A stretch of DNA of 64,000 bases from a virus, in the IMG/VR virus record IMGVR_UViG_3300029827_000001, positions 1 to 64,000 of that record. One strand, given 5' to 3'. Shown one piece after another: positions 19,223 through 29,570 of this stretch. Made by a program: the position numbers and the translations under genes. The stretch's first letter is position 1. Every line of letters begins with the position of its first letter. The notes beneath the pieces were generated by a model. It saw nothing but the letters and a program-made list of their open reading frames with translations, did not search any database and had not been told where the DNA came from.

Positions 19223-19364
19223 CTACTAACTCGCAAGTAAATTGGTGGTCTCTAGTTATAGTTCCTCGGCAAAAGAAATCCTTACTTTTTTTATCAGCAA
19301 ATGGACAAATATCAGAATATAAACAAATTTCATCTGGACCCAGCTTCATTACTAAGCTCCGCAA
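19164..19364 (-). CDS. small Cys-rich protein
   Basis: Four Cys, in operon. Confidence 0.5.
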   Translation of the reverse strand: MRSLVMKLGPDEICLYSDICPFADKKSKDFFCRGTITRDHQFTCELVDEKGNFVQKETRRISEGES

Positions 19365-21097
19365 CTATTATCAGAAAGTGGGCACACTATATCCGACTCG
19401 CTCAAAGAATGGTCTGTCTTTTTCCCATTATCTTTCAAGTACTTAAGCACAGTGTCTCTATCCATTTTATTGTAAATCTGACCATACCTTACTCCATCAA
19501 CATAAACTGTTACTCCCTTCAACTCCTTTATATACTCAAGCAACAAATCACTCAGTTGTTGAGGAGTAGTACCAGCAGGCATATTAATTGTCTTACTCAC
19601 AGCTCCATCAACATATCTCTGAACTGCTGCCTGTATATTAAAATGATCCTTAGGTTCAAGGTCAAAGGAGTCAACAAACCAATCAGGTATCTCTTCGCCA
19701 GATAAAAGAAATTGCTCATATATTGGGTGAACATATATTCTTTCACCAACACGGTCCTTTCTTATATAGGCTTTAGAAAATAAAGGTTCTATACCACTCG
19801 TAACATCAGCCAAAAGAGAAATTGTACCAGTTGGAGCAACTGCCATTCCCGTCACACAACGAGAACCATGATTCTTTATATCTAACCTCAAATCTCCAGG
19901 AAGTTTCCTAACAAATGAAGCATTAACATAATTACTTTTATCAAATTTTGGAAACGCCCCTTTTTCATCTGCAAGTTTTACAAAAGTTCTATATATTGTA
20001 TCCCGAATTGCTCGCATTACTTTCTCAGTTTCTTCTAAAGACTTTTGAGATCCATATCTGAGTTTCTTTGCAAATAAATACTCAGCTAAACCCATAACTC
20101 CTACCCCTATCCTCCTTGAGTTATGAGCTTTTATATCAATCTCTTTCAATGAGTACTTATTAACATCAATAACATTATCTAAAAAACGTACTGCTAACTC
20201 CACCACCCCTTCAAGTTTTTTCCAATTTGTATAGATATTCCCAGTGATAAAATTTGGCAGGACAAGTGAACCCAAATTACAGACGTCATAAGGGGCCAAA
20301 ACAGCTTCTCCACAAGGGTTTGTACCTGAAACCGGATCATAATAATAAGAGTTATTCTTTTTCAAACAATCCCAATTAAGTAACCCTGGTTCAGCACACT
20401 TAATCATATTTGTTATTATCTTATCCCAAATATCTCTAGCTTTCATAGATCCATAAGATCTTTGTTTAAACTTGAATGTCCAATCTTTATCCTGCTCAAC
20501 AGCATAAAGAAATTCTTCATCTATTACTACTGAAATATTAAAATGCGGAAGTTTGCCATGCTCTAGCTTTGCATCTATAAACTCACATACTTCTGGATGA
20601 CTTACTTCTACAGAGGCTAGTGCTGCTGCCCTCCTAGCTCCTCCGCTTTCAATTGTCTCAGCTAGACCATCTGCTGCTTTAATAAAACTAACCAGTCCAG
20701 ATGATCTTCCCCCTTTTCCCAAAATACTATCTCCTTTAGGTCTCAATAAAGAAAAGTTACACCCAACTCCTCCTCCATCAGCCCAAAGAATTAAAGCATC
20801 ATTCATAAACTTAGCAATCTCTTCAATTGAATCACCACAAGGCAAATGATAACAATTAAAAAGTGTCCCTCTTGGTCTACCACAATTCCTCAAAATCCTT
20901 CCAGCGGGGAGAAAATCCCGGTTATAAATCATTTCATAAAAAGAATCAAAATAAAAACTCTGATTCTTTCTTTCAACGCTTGAAATTAAGCGAGCAACCC
21001 GTTGACAACAACCATCCCATGTTTCCCCCTCCATAAAATATCTCGACTCCGCAACTTTTTGTGCATTAGGAGAGAGTGTAACTTTTGTCTTAGCCAT
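19352..21097 (-). CDS. nrdJ: adenosylcobalamin-dependent ribonucleotide reductase (class II)
   Basis: FLPAGRIL, LFNCY, TNPCGE, CNLGSL, APTGTIS, C-terminal Cys pair. No nrdB adjacent. Confidence 0.9.
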   Translation of the reverse strand: MAKTKVTLSPNAQKVAESRYFMEGETWDGCCQRVARLISSVERKNQSFYFDSFYEMIYNRDFLPAGRILRNCGRPRGTLFNCYHLPCGDSIEEIAKFMNDALILWADGGGVGCNFSLLRPKGDSILGKGGRSSGLVSFIKAADGLAETIESGGARRAAALASVEVSHPEVCEFIDAKLEHGKLPHFNISVVIDEEFLYAVEQDKDWTFKFKQRSYGSMKARDIWDKIITNMIKCAEPGLLNWDCLKKNNSYYYDPVSGTNPCGEAVLAPYDVCNLGSLVLPNFITGNIYTNWKKLEGVVELAVRFLDNVIDVNKYSLKEIDIKAHNSRRIGVGVMGLAEYLFAKKLRYGSQKSLEETEKVMRAIRDTIYRTFVKLADEKGAFPKFDKSNYVNASFVRKLPGDLRLDIKNHGSRCVTGMAVAPTGTISLLADVTSGIEPLFSKAYIRKDRVGERIYVHPIYEQFLLSGEEIPDWFVDSFDLEPKDHFNIQAAVQRYVDGAVSKTINMPAGTTPQQLSDLLLEYIKELKGVTVYVDGVRYGQIYNKMDRDTVLKYLKDNGKKTDHSLSESDIVCPLSDNSCGA

Positions 21098-21098
21098 C

Positions 21099-21500
21099 TT
21101 ATTTACCCTCCTTACCCTTAAATAATAAATACGACTCTCCTTTTGTATCTTTAAAAACCGATAAAAAATGATATAGTCCTTTCACCTTCCTCCCCTTGAA
21201 ATCTACTACTATATGCCTCTTAGGTTCGTACTTAAGAATTATACAACTCCCATCATCCCACTTCTTTAAAACCCCAGCACCATAACCGGATTCAATAGTT
21301 CCAGTAAAAAGAGCTTCTTCTTCAGTGTGGTCTGTAGTTCGAGTCACCATTACCCTAGTACCCTCTTTAGTTGGGATTTCCTTTCTGGAAGCAAAAGACA
21401 TCCACATCTTGCTCCTTGGCATTCTAAAACGAACGTCATAATGGAGACCAGCTCTCTTTGCCTTATGTTCCATAATTACAAATCGGCTACTTATGTTCAT
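21099..21500 (-). CDS. stand-alone LigD 3'-phosphoesterase domain
   Basis: FVIMEHKAKRAGLHYDVRF...TDH...GYGAG...WDDG. Confidence 0.85.
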   Translation of the reverse strand: MNISSRFVIMEHKAKRAGLHYDVRFRMPRSKMWMSFASRKEIPTKEGTRVMVTRTTDHTEEEALFTGTIESGYGAGVLKKWDDGSCIILKYEPKRHIVVDFKGRKVKGLYHFLSVFKDTKGESYLLFKGKEGK

Positions 21501-21999
21501 CTTTAAATTCCTCCAAAGCTAAACGAGCGAGACAGTAAGCATCACACAAATTATCATCTTCAAATGTTTCTCCCCATCTTTTATAACACTGTAAAAGCAT
21601 CAAGTTTTTCTTTGCATTTCCATTTTTCGTAACAAACTTTTTCAGAGTTTTTGGTGGGATAATATTTAACTGAATATTATTTTGGAAAAAACTAACTCGG
21701 ATTAGGAAATGAAGTCCAGCAAGTTCAAACAGACGACTGGACTTTGAGAAATAGGCAAGATCTTCAATATATACCTTCTCTAATCTAGGTACTCCCTTTA
21801 TAAATGAAATCCCTTTTAGAATATCTATTAACCTTTGCTCAATAGAAATATCTGAAGTTGTAGAAATCAGTTTTTTCTCAGCTATCTCCCCATTTTCATC
21901 AATTACAACCACTCCAGTTCCAACTAAACTCGGGTCAATGCCAACGAAGTATTTCCCTCCTACTTTACTCATTAGAAAAATCTCCTTAACCGTGATCAA
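21487..21999 (-). CDS. ruvC: RuvC-like Holliday junction resolvase
   Basis: GIDPSLVGTG, IED, PKTLKKFVTKNGNAKK, DNLCDA. Confidence 0.8.
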   Translation of the reverse strand: MITVKEIFLMSKVGGKYFVGIDPSLVGTGVVVIDENGEIAEKKLISTTSDISIEQRLIDILKGISFIKGVPRLEKVYIEDLAYFSKSSRLFELAGLHFLIRVSFFQNNIQLNIIPPKTLKKFVTKNGNAKKNLMLLQCYKRWGETFEDDNLCDAYCLARLALEEFKDEHK

Positions 22000-22720
22000 T
22001 AATTACATTAGGTAGGGCTCCAGCAGTCATCTTTTCAATAATATCTCTTTTCTTTTCCTTACCTTCATCCCCAATTTCAGAACTCAAAGGTATCTCACCA
22101 AATGGTGTCCTGAGAGTGCCATCTCCATATCTCTTCCTAATTCTTCCAATAACAATCATAGTATCAGCAAGAGCCATCTCACAGAACATTACCTGAAACT
22201 CATTCTTTATCCTTCTAAAGTCAGGGGGATGAATACGTTCATATTCAACAGTTACCGTCGAACCAGAGCTTTGAAGAACGGGAGATATTCTTAATTTATT
22301 TGGATGGATAAACTCATGAGTATAATCCCAACTAGAAAACATTTTTACTTGCATTGATACTTCAACAGCTAATGCCCATTCCTTTAACTCCCCATGAGAT
22401 AAAGGACCCAAAGGTGGATGACCATGTAGTATATAATTTCCTTGATCAAAATATACATCAACGACATTTAAGATTTCCAACCCTTCTGGATCATATATAT
22501 AAAACTCATTACTACGACCAGGAACTTTATTCTTTTCTATAGTTAAATTAAGACCAATCCTCTCCATATCAGGAAAGTAATGAGAGTATTCTCGAAGTGT
22601 ATAATTCTTAACATACTCCAAAATCTGATCATCTGTTAACTCTAGAAAATTGAATGGAAAGGCAAGATTATCTTTTATGTATTTTAATACCCTACTCGGA
22701 TTTAACATTGTCGCCTCCAT
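21986..22720 (-). CDS. putative neck/head-completion protein
   Basis: ALAD..IVIGRIRKRYG..LRTPFGEIPL...EG pattern resembling myovirus neck proteins. Confidence 0.55.
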   Translation of the reverse strand: MEATMLNPSRVLKYIKDNLAFPFNFLELTDDQILEYVKNYTLREYSHYFPDMERIGLNLTIEKNKVPGRSNEFYIYDPEGLEILNVVDVYFDQGNYILHGHPPLGPLSHGELKEWALAVEVSMQVKMFSSWDYTHEFIHPNKLRISPVLQSSGSTVTVEYERIHPPDFRRIKNEFQVMFCEMALADTMIVIGRIRKRYGDGTLRTPFGEIPLSSEIGDEGKEKKRDIIEKMTAGALPNVIIDHG

Positions 22721-23846
22721 TAAAATAAATAGTTTCTAAAATATCTCTATCAATAAAAACTCTATTCATTTCTAGAGCTTTCTTCATACTTTCCAATCTA
22801 GCTTGCCTTCTATCAGATAGGATACTCAGAATATGCTCTCTCTTATCAACCATCTCTGTAGATGAAGGATCATCTAACTCTCTTGTTAATAACTCAAAGG
22901 AAACCAATTTCAAATTCTTAGATATTAAATTCCTCTCATTTTCTTCTTTAACTATTTGATTTATATATTTGTTCTTGAAATTTGAGTCACCAAATTGAAA
23001 AATTGGTTGAGAATTAAACACATCATCATAGAGTTTCTCTATTCCTCCTAATAAATCAACTAACTCTCCCAGAAAACTAGCAACTCTCTTCTGACCAATC
23101 CCTTGAACTCCATCAACATCATCTCCAGTATCTCCAACTATTGCCATAGCAAGAGGTAAGTACTCGTCTGGAAAATCATTACTGAATTTCAAGTATTCAT
23201 CCATTACTTTATTTTTCTTTATTATTTTCTTCTTTCTTCCAGACTTGCAAAACATATAAGAATTATCTCCAATACACTGATAAAGATCATGGTCATTTGA
23301 GTAAATAATATGAGCAACATTTGGATTAGTATCAACTAAAGAATTTCTTAGAAGATAATAAGGAATAAAATCAGTTTCAAGATTAGGTACTCTAATCACT
23401 TTAATATTCGGCATCAAATTACACGCACTACTAATCAAAAGAAAATTCTTCTGAACTATCTCTGTAAAAAGTTCTCTTTTTTCCCGTTCCAGACCATAAA
23501 GATCGTCTATTGCTCTTGAGATCTTATACTTCTTGCTAATATTAGTATGATAATAAGATCTTCCAGTTTCAAAAAATATATAAAAATTTATATCTATCTT
23601 TCTCTTGATAGCATATAACTTATGAAAAGATAAAAAAGAAAGAAGAGATTCAAAAACCGCAGTGTTTATATAATTAGACTTCAACGTAGTCTCAACCAAA
23701 TTAACAATCGCATGCTTCATATATAAAGACTGCATATTGTTCTTTAAGTCAAGATAAAGATTCAAAGTATCATAATCAGAATAAGACAAAACTTCATCCA
23801 AAATAGAGTATGTTGGATAATAACTAAGAATTGACGACGGATGCAT
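22692..23846 (-). CDS. 5'-3' exonuclease / RNase H (FEN/PolA N-terminal type)
   Basis: LETDF, SNDHDLYQ, GDTGDDVDGVQGIGQKR (H3TH). Confidence 0.85.
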   Translation of the reverse strand: MHPSSILSYYPTYSILDEVLSYSDYDTLNLYLDLKNNMQSLYMKHAIVNLVETTLKSNYINTAVFESLLSFLSFHKLYAIKRKIDINFYIFFETGRSYYHTNISKKYKISRAIDDLYGLEREKRELFTEIVQKNFLLISSACNLMPNIKVIRVPNLETDFIPYYLLRNSLVDTNPNVAHIIYSNDHDLYQCIGDNSYMFCKSGRKKKIIKKNKVMDEYLKFSNDFPDEYLPLAMAIVGDTGDDVDGVQGIGQKRVASFLGELVDLLGGIEKLYDDVFNSQPIFQFGDSNFKNKYINQIVKEENERNLISKNLKLVSFELLTRELDDPSSTEMVDKREHILSILSDRRQARLESMKKALEMNRVFIDRDILETIYFNGGDNVKSE

Positions 23847-24333
23847 TATTATCTCCCAAAGAATGATATTTTTTTCCAACTTCTATAATTTTTTTATCAA
23901 TCTCATATATTTGTTCTCGAATTTGTCCCAATTCTCTTTCCTTTTTCTTTAATTCTTGTTCTTTAAAGTCTCTTCGTCTGACCAGGTCAACCAACTCAAG
24001 CGGCTGGTTAACCCTCTCATCATCCAGGTAGATTTCCCAATCAACCTTATCTCCAATAAATTTCTTTAAATACTTTATTCTTTTCATATTAGTTTTATGA
24101 GAATCATAGTGTACTTCCCAACCCGCCAGAAGGTTTCCATCCAGATCATAAACATTATACTCAATAAGAGCATACTCAGGTTGACTTTTATTCCAACTCT
24201 CAAGAGACTTTGGAAATTCCACAACAATATCATCTAAACTATCATACTCATATACATCAGTATAAGTACTCTTGCTCTGACAACACCCACACCAATATCC
24301 ATTATGACTTATCTCCTCAATCTTGAAATACAT
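23824..24333 (-). CDS. hypothetical protein
   Basis: ORF in operon, CGCC. Confidence 0.6.
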   Translation of the reverse strand: MYFKIEEISHNGYWCGCCQSKSTYTDVYEYDSLDDIVVEFPKSLESWNKSQPEYALIEYNVYDLDGNLLAGWEVHYDSHKTNMKRIKYLKKFIGDKVDWEIYLDDERVNQPLELVDLVRRRDFKEQELKKKERELGQIREQIYEIDKKIIEVGKKYHSLGDNNASVVNS

Positions 24334-25073
24334 TATTCTTCCTCTAAACTAGATAGAGTAGACCTACAGTATACATTAATATCAATATCAGATATTGCAG
24401 TTGAAATACGATTCAAGCAAGCAGTATCTTCAACATTATACATTGAAAAAACCATATCACCGTCGTGATCAATAACAAACGGAACTGAAACAATATTTGT
24501 AATGGCCTCTAGCTCACGATTAGGTATAATGCCACTTACTAACTTTGCAAACTGATCTTTTGACTGAGTTCGAGTAGTTATAGCAGCCGAACCATTTTCA
24601 AATAAAACCTGAACATTATTTACATTAAAACTAGAAGTAATAATTTTCATCCTATCAGAAATCATCTTCCCAATGGAATGAGTCAAAATAATATCCGACT
24701 CATCAACAGTAAATATACTATTCATTTCTTCATCGGGGATGAACTTATTATCCATAAATTCCAAATTTGGAGAATCAAAACGAATTGAAGAATGCTCATC
24801 CGAAAAAGTAAAATCTCTCTGATTTACAGTTATCTCAACTTCTTGCTCACTAAAGCATTTTAATAAATCTATCTTCTGCTTCAGATTTACCAAGGGAATA
24901 TCTAATCCTGGTATTACACTACTTAAATCCATCTCAAAAATTGCTGATAAGTCATTAGTTCTCTGTCTGATCATTCCATTTCTAATATCTACATCATGAC
25001 ATTCTTCCTTAAGAAGAGAAATACATCTAAGAAATTTTTCGAATTCTTCAGCGCTACGGGTTACAGTAACCAT
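24333..25073 (-). CDS. putative DNA polymerase sliding clamp
   Basis: Acidic ~246-aa alpha/beta protein near primase and clamp loader. Confidence 0.5.
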   Translation of the reverse strand: MVTVTRSAEEFEKFLRCISLLKEECHDVDIRNGMIRQRTNDLSAIFEMDLSSVIPGLDIPLVNLKQKIDLLKCFSEQEVEITVNQRDFTFSDEHSSIRFDSPNLEFMDNKFIPDEEMNSIFTVDESDIILTHSIGKMISDRMKIITSSFNVNNVQVLFENGSAAITTRTQSKDQFAKLVSGIIPNRELEAITNIVSVPFVIDHDGDMVFSMYNVEDTACLNRISTAISDIDINVYCRSTLSSLEEE

Positions 25074-25467
25074 CCATTTCTCCTTTCTTGTTAACTTTCT
25101 TGACAATAACCATATACACAAACTTCTCTTCTTTTACTTCTCTTGAACTGGAAAAATCTATAGTTGTAAAGCATTCCTCAACATTCTCAATCACTTCCAT
25201 AACTCGCTCAGAAATATGTTTACTCCCAACTTCTTTCGAGTTTACAGGGATAGAAAAAAGCATCAGAACAGCATCTTGATCATCAAACTTACAATTAAAC
25301 ATACAGGTATTATTTCCCATCAACTTAAATAAACGATCTTTTGCCGCTGACTTACATAACAGATTATAGTAATCCACTTCTTTAACACTACCTGTATACT
25401 TCGCATCTGAATCAATAGTTGCTTCAAATATCTCTCTCAACTTTTGTCTTACAACTTCTTTTCCCAT
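25054..25467 (-). CDS. hypothetical protein
   Basis: ORF in operon. Confidence 0.65.
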   Translation of the reverse strand: MGKEVVRQKLREIFEATIDSDAKYTGSVKEVDYYNLLCKSAAKDRLFKLMGNNTCMFNCKFDDQDAVLMLFSIPVNSKEVGSKHISERVMEVIENVEECFTTIDFSSSREVKEEKFVYMVIVKKVNKKGEMDGYCNP

Positions 25468-25476
25468 ATCAGTACC

Positions 25477-26484
25477 TCATCTGTCAATCCCTATAACTTC
25501 AAACTGAGGATATAGAGGAGTCATATTAAAATCTTTACGATCTTTCTTTATGCCGTTATAAACAACCGTTAAGCTATTTATATATCTTCCAACGGAATTC
25601 GACATATTCTTATAAAAATCAAGAGTAATATCTTTATCAGATAAGATATATACATCAGGATAAAGAACTCTTTCATTTTTCATTATACTAACAATCAAAG
25701 AAGCATATGAAGTTGAAAACCCACAAGCATATAATCTAGTGTCTTTCTTTATATTTGTAGAGTCAAATATATGTTCTGTGAATATATTAAATATTCCTTC
25801 TGATAGTACAACAGTTTTACCAAATGGACTACCTCCTTTTAACTTATAGTAATCAAGAAACTTCGTTTCATAAAGACTATATTTCCAATGGTTGAATTCC
25901 TGCTTCTCATCAATATTTCTAAAATATAAACGAGTTTGATTTTCAGCTATAAAACATACAAAATTCTCCTGAAGATAATCTCTTAAACGAAATAGAGATG
26001 GACTAACTGGAATCTCATTTATATCTATAAAGTTATTAATATCAAAAACTAAACCTTTAATAGCTTCAAGTCTAACATTTCTAAATTTTAATCTTTGTTT
26101 TACATAAAGAGCTTTAGATTTAAATCTTCCCTCATCTAACTCAGGTCTCTTCAACTTTTTTGCTGGAATAATCTGTTGTCTAACAAGTTTTGTCCTTGCC
26201 TTTTCCTTCTTCTTCATTTCCCCTTCATCAACAAACTGATCCGACAAATCTTTGCCTTCAATCTTCATTACCAATTTTGGTATCAGTCCACTAACATTAC
26301 ATGCTCCATGAAAACAGTGAAAAATTGGTGCTTCTAAAGATATATACATATGATAATGCTTCTTCTGCCTACCATACTCACACCACGGACAACGACAAAT
26401 AATATTAGTTGAAGAGATTTTAATTGGTTCGCCCAATCTATCTCTTAGAAATTGAAGAAAACTATCCTGATAGATTCCAACCAT
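25477..26484 (-). CDS. DNA primase (Zn finger + TOPRIM)
   Basis: CPWC...HCFHGAC, LSEGIFN, SDKD. Confidence 0.75.
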   Translation of the reverse strand: MVGIYQDSFLQFLRDRLGEPIKISSTNIICRCPWCEYGRQKKHYHMYISLEAPIFHCFHGACNVSGLIPKLVMKIEGKDLSDQFVDEGEMKKKEKARTKLVRQQIIPAKKLKRPELDEGRFKSKALYVKQRLKFRNVRLEAIKGLVFDINNFIDINEIPVSPSLFRLRDYLQENFVCFIAENQTRLYFRNIDEKQEFNHWKYSLYETKFLDYYKLKGGSPFGKTVVLSEGIFNIFTEHIFDSTNIKKDTRLYACGFSTSYASLIVSIMKNERVLYPDVYILSDKDITLDFYKNMSNSVGRYINSLTVVYNGIKKDRKDFNMTPLYPQFEVIGIDR

Positions 26485-26665
26485 GTAGAGCCTCTCTATC
26501 TAAAGGTGTTAAAGCTTCAAAACGATCTTCATCAATATAATAAACAGCACTAAGCTTCTCATCATCTAGACACTCAAAGATTACTTTTCTCTCTTCTTCA
26601 TAAACTTTAAGAGCAAAAAGGTAACCATCAATTTTTCTCAGTTCTCTAATACGAATCCAAGTCAT
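26462..26665 (-). CDS. hypothetical protein
   Basis: ORF in operon. Confidence 0.55.
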   Translation of the reverse strand: MTWIRIRELRKIDGYLFALKVYEEERKVIFECLDDEKLSAVYYIDEDRFEALTPLDREALHGWNLSG

Positions 26666-26921
26666 CTAATTTCTTGTAATCTCCACCAGTCATTAAATGG
26701 TCAATCCAATAAACTAGTCCTCTGCCTTCACACTTATCACAATATGAACCATCCCATGCCATATAAGTATTATTACCATCTCTCCACTCTTGAAGACCAG
26801 CTAATCCAGTACCTTTACAGTGCTCACATTTCTCAGTAGCTCCAGGAGGTAATTTCTCAAGTTCTTTATATCTTCTTCTCAAAGCAATCATTCGTTCTGC
26901 AGAATGTCTAACTGCCATCAC
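26646..26921 (-). CDS. DnaJ-type Zn-finger protein
   Basis: CEHCKGTG...CDKCEGRG. Confidence 0.7.
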   Translation of the reverse strand: MMAVRHSAERMIALRRRYKELEKLPPGATEKCEHCKGTGLAGLQEWRDGNNTYMAWDGSYCDKCEGRGLVYWIDHLMTGGDYKKLDDLDSY

Positions 26922-27292
26922 TCATCCCCAAACCAATGCATGTACTCGTCCTCAGTCATCATTATTGGCCAATAATTACCAGACTCAATATCTTTATGAC
27001 TAGAGTCTGAACCAATGTGCCAACCAGACTTGCCACAAGGATATTTTATCCTAATAACTAACCATCTCCACCAATATCTTAATCTTGTATATAAATACCA
27101 ATGAAAGAACCCAAACCATCGTTTCTTAAAATCGTAAGTACATCCGCACTCAGCATATTCAACCCATAACCTCCTTCTACGCGTTGATGCCTGACTAGTA
27201 GTAGGAGATGAAGCACTAGTCGTTGAACTCATTTGTCTCACCTTAGGAAGCAACTGCTTTTCGATAATCCATAAGTACTTTAATGACTTCAT
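26918..27292 (-). CDS. hypothetical Trp-rich protein (start likely downstream, ~27232)
   Basis: ORF in operon. Confidence 0.55.
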   Translation of the reverse strand: MKSLKYLWIIEKQLLPKVRQMSSTTSASSPTTSQASTRRRRLWVEYAECGCTYDFKKRWFGFFHWYLYTRLRYWWRWLVIRIKYPCGKSGWHIGSDSSHKDIESGNYWPIMMTEDEYMHWFGDE

Positions 27293-28226
27293 AGATACAA
27301 CCCATAAAATGCATTGATGGTACTAGACAATTCCCATGACTATTTGAGTATTTATTAATAACTATCTTTGCAGGCATAGGAATTCCCTTTCTAAAAAATA
27401 AATTAGAATACATACTTCTATATTCCAGGTCTCTTTCATTTAACTTTGAGATAATTATATTTACTAATTTGCTTATCTTATGCTGTTGATCTGTCTTTAA
27501 TGCATCAACTATCTCAACAACAGAACTAATTATAACTCTCTCACTCGTTAAAGCAATATCTTTATCTACTTTTAAAGAACCCGTTCTTGAACTTTTTTGT
27601 AGTCTATTAACAATCCTTCTTATATCGGGATAAAAATTATCAATGATAAATTTCAAATCTTCATCAGTATACTTTACTTGCTCACTATCAAGAATCTTCC
27701 TACAATAACTAGCTACAAACTCTATTGGTAACTGTTTAAAAAAATACTCTTGAAATCTGCTTTGAATAGCCTCAGGAAGTTTAGAAATATAATTGCAAGT
27801 CAATACAAATCTTCCAAACTTCTCATACTTCTCAATTATAGACCTTAAAGAATGAAAACTAGCATCTGTTAGATAATCAGCCTCATCAATAAATACCACC
27901 CGAAAAGGATCAGATCCAGCAGGAGGGATTTTTAAGAAAGGTTCAATAACATCTTCAACAAAAGAAATTCCTCTAGTCTTCTTTGACGATCCATTTATCT
28001 CTAACAAGTTATCTCTTGGATTACTAAGAATCCCTTTTTTAGAAACTAAAATTCTAGCAATTGTCGTCTTGCCTCCTCCAGGAGGACCATGAAAAAGAAA
28101 ATTCGCTATATCCCTCTGATTAATACACCTTTTAAAATCTTCTTTATAATCATCAGGTAAAACTAAGTCTTCAATAACTTCTGGTCGATACTTCTCAACC
28201 CATAACCTTCCAAGAATTTTCTCCAT
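27243..28226 (-). CDS. clamp loader AAA+ subunit (RFC small/T4 gp44-like)
   Basis: LWVEKYRP, GPPGGGKTT, IDEADYL, CNY, SRF, PDIRR. Confidence 0.9.
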   Translation of the reverse strand: MEKILGRLWVEKYRPEVIEDLVLPDDYKEDFKRCINQRDIANFLFHGPPGGGKTTIARILVSKKGILSNPRDNLLEINGSSKKTRGISFVEDVIEPFLKIPPAGSDPFRVVFIDEADYLTDASFHSLRSIIEKYEKFGRFVLTCNYISKLPEAIQSRFQEYFFKQLPIEFVASYCRKILDSEQVKYTDEDLKFIIDNFYPDIRRIVNRLQKSSRTGSLKVDKDIALTSERVIISSVVEIVDALKTDQQHKISKLVNIIISKLNERDLEYRSMYSNLFFRKGIPMPAKIVINKYSNSHGNCLVPSMHFMGCIYEVIKVLMDYRKAVAS

Positions 28227-28241
28227 TACGACTCCAAAAAA

Positions 28242-28688
28242 CTAGCAGTGATAACCTTCAACACTATGAAGTAGATGTAGTTGCTTCTGCTTCTCAATAA
28301 AATCTTTTATAATATCGTTTGTTAGTTCTCGCTCGAATGCTCTAACTGCTGTGTGCCCGGTTACTAAATTAGTTGAACCATCTTCTGATGGTTCATGAAA
28401 AAATGGTTCAGATATCTCAATATCTAATCCTCTTATCTGCCTCAAAACTAAAATCTGAAAAGCTGCTGAAGTTGGATCAGTCGCTGCATTAAAAGAAACA
28501 TATAACTTCTTCTCACTAACTTTATAAACTAATATTGAATAATCCGACATAAAAGAATACGCATCTTTATTATTTGGATTGTCTTTAATCTTAACATCTC
28601 CATCATACTCTTCCAGCTTCTCAATAATTTTTTGAACCATCTTAACCATAACATAACTCCCTTTTATTTTTAATTTGTTCCATACCAA
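28242..28688 (-). CDS. hypothetical protein (start likely ~28649)
   Basis: ORF with AAGGGAG RBS. Confidence 0.6.
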   Translation of the reverse strand: MVWNKLKIKGSYVMVKMVQKIIEKLEEYDGDVKIKDNPNNKDAYSFMSDYSILVYKVSEKKLYVSFNAATDPTSAAFQILVLRQIRGLDIEISEPFFHEPSEDGSTNLVTGHTAVRAFERELTNDIIKDFIEKQKQLHLLHSVEGYHC

Positions 28689-28719
28689 AAAAATTCATAC
28701 TCAAGATGATATTAGAACC

Positions 28720-28751
28720 AAAAAAAAGAGTCGAAAAGCAACTCTTTTTTT
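28720..28751. terminator. bidirectional intrinsic terminator-like hairpin
   Basis: AAAAAAAGAGT-loop-ACTCTTTTTTT. Confidence 0.55.
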
Positions 28752-28754
28752 CTG

Positions 28755-28961
28755 TTATGTAGGGTCAAAACGGGACTTTAGTATTTGAAATACCTCATCC
28801 ATTGCGTGTTGTATTTCATCACTAGATATACAACTCCGACCAAAACACACAGAACATATGACAGAACCTATAAACTCCTCACCCTTTATAGAAGCTATAG
28901 GTCGATGACACAAGCTACAAAAAACCACTGTATCATCTGAAGTTATTAAGTTATCCTCCAT
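28755..28961 (-). CDS. small Zn-finger protein
   Basis: CSLC...CSVC. Confidence 0.6.
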   Translation of the reverse strand: MEDNLITSDDTVVFCSLCHRPIASIKGEEFIGSVICSVCFGRSCISSDEIQHAMDEVFQILKSRFDPT

Positions 28962-28991
28962 TATCTACCCCTCTTTTAAAAATCGTGAATT

Positions 28992-29570
28992 CTAAATTTT
29001 AGGTAAAGTAATAGAATTACCCTCTCTACAAGCAGGACAATCTGCTTCATCCCAATCAACAATCTCATGTTGAATAAGAGATATAGTTTCAATATAAGGA
29101 TGTTTCCAATGTGTTCTATTCCATATTGAAAATATACCTGAAATAAAAGCTCCATCCTGCTCCGCTTGTGAGATCAAACCACTAACGGAATTTCCAGTAG
29201 TAATTACATCTTCAATTACAATTAAATCACACTTTGATAATTTAGATACCGATGTTGACCTAAACCTGAATGGATCATTCCAATTATTTACTTTCTCAGC
29301 AATGACAAATTTTAGTCCTAATTTGTATGCCAACATTCCAGCTAAAATCATTCCAGCTTCAGGTGGCCCAGTAATTGTATCAAACTTATACTTAAAGAGA
29401 GAAAGTTGTGTCGCTAATGAGTCAATAACTTTTGTTCTCAATATTTCATCATACAATATCAAATCTTTTTCTACATAACTCAGTGTATGTCTTCCAGAAT
29501 TTAGTAAAAAATGACCATTAAGCACAACTTTCTCAATCAAAAGATCTTTAAGACTTGTCTTTTCGCTCAT
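28992..29570 (-). CDS. pyrE: orotate phosphoribosyltransferase
   Basis: GHFLLNSGRH, PRPP-binding VIEDVITTGNSV, C-terminal CPAC. Confidence 0.8.
   Translation of the reverse strand: MSEKTSLKDLLIEKVVLNGHFLLNSGRHTLSYVEKDLILYDEILRTKVIDSLATQLSLFKYKFDTITGPPEAGMILAGMLAYKLGLKFVIAEKVNNWNDPFRFRSTSVSKLSKCDLIVIEDVITTGNSVSGLISQAEQDGAFISGIFSIWNRTHWKHPYIETISLIQHEIVDWDEADCPACREGNSITLPKI

Noticed and set aside
17404-21097. Inteins or introns in RecA/NrdJ
   Set aside because: Lengths and motif spacing are normal and the ORFs are uninterrupted.
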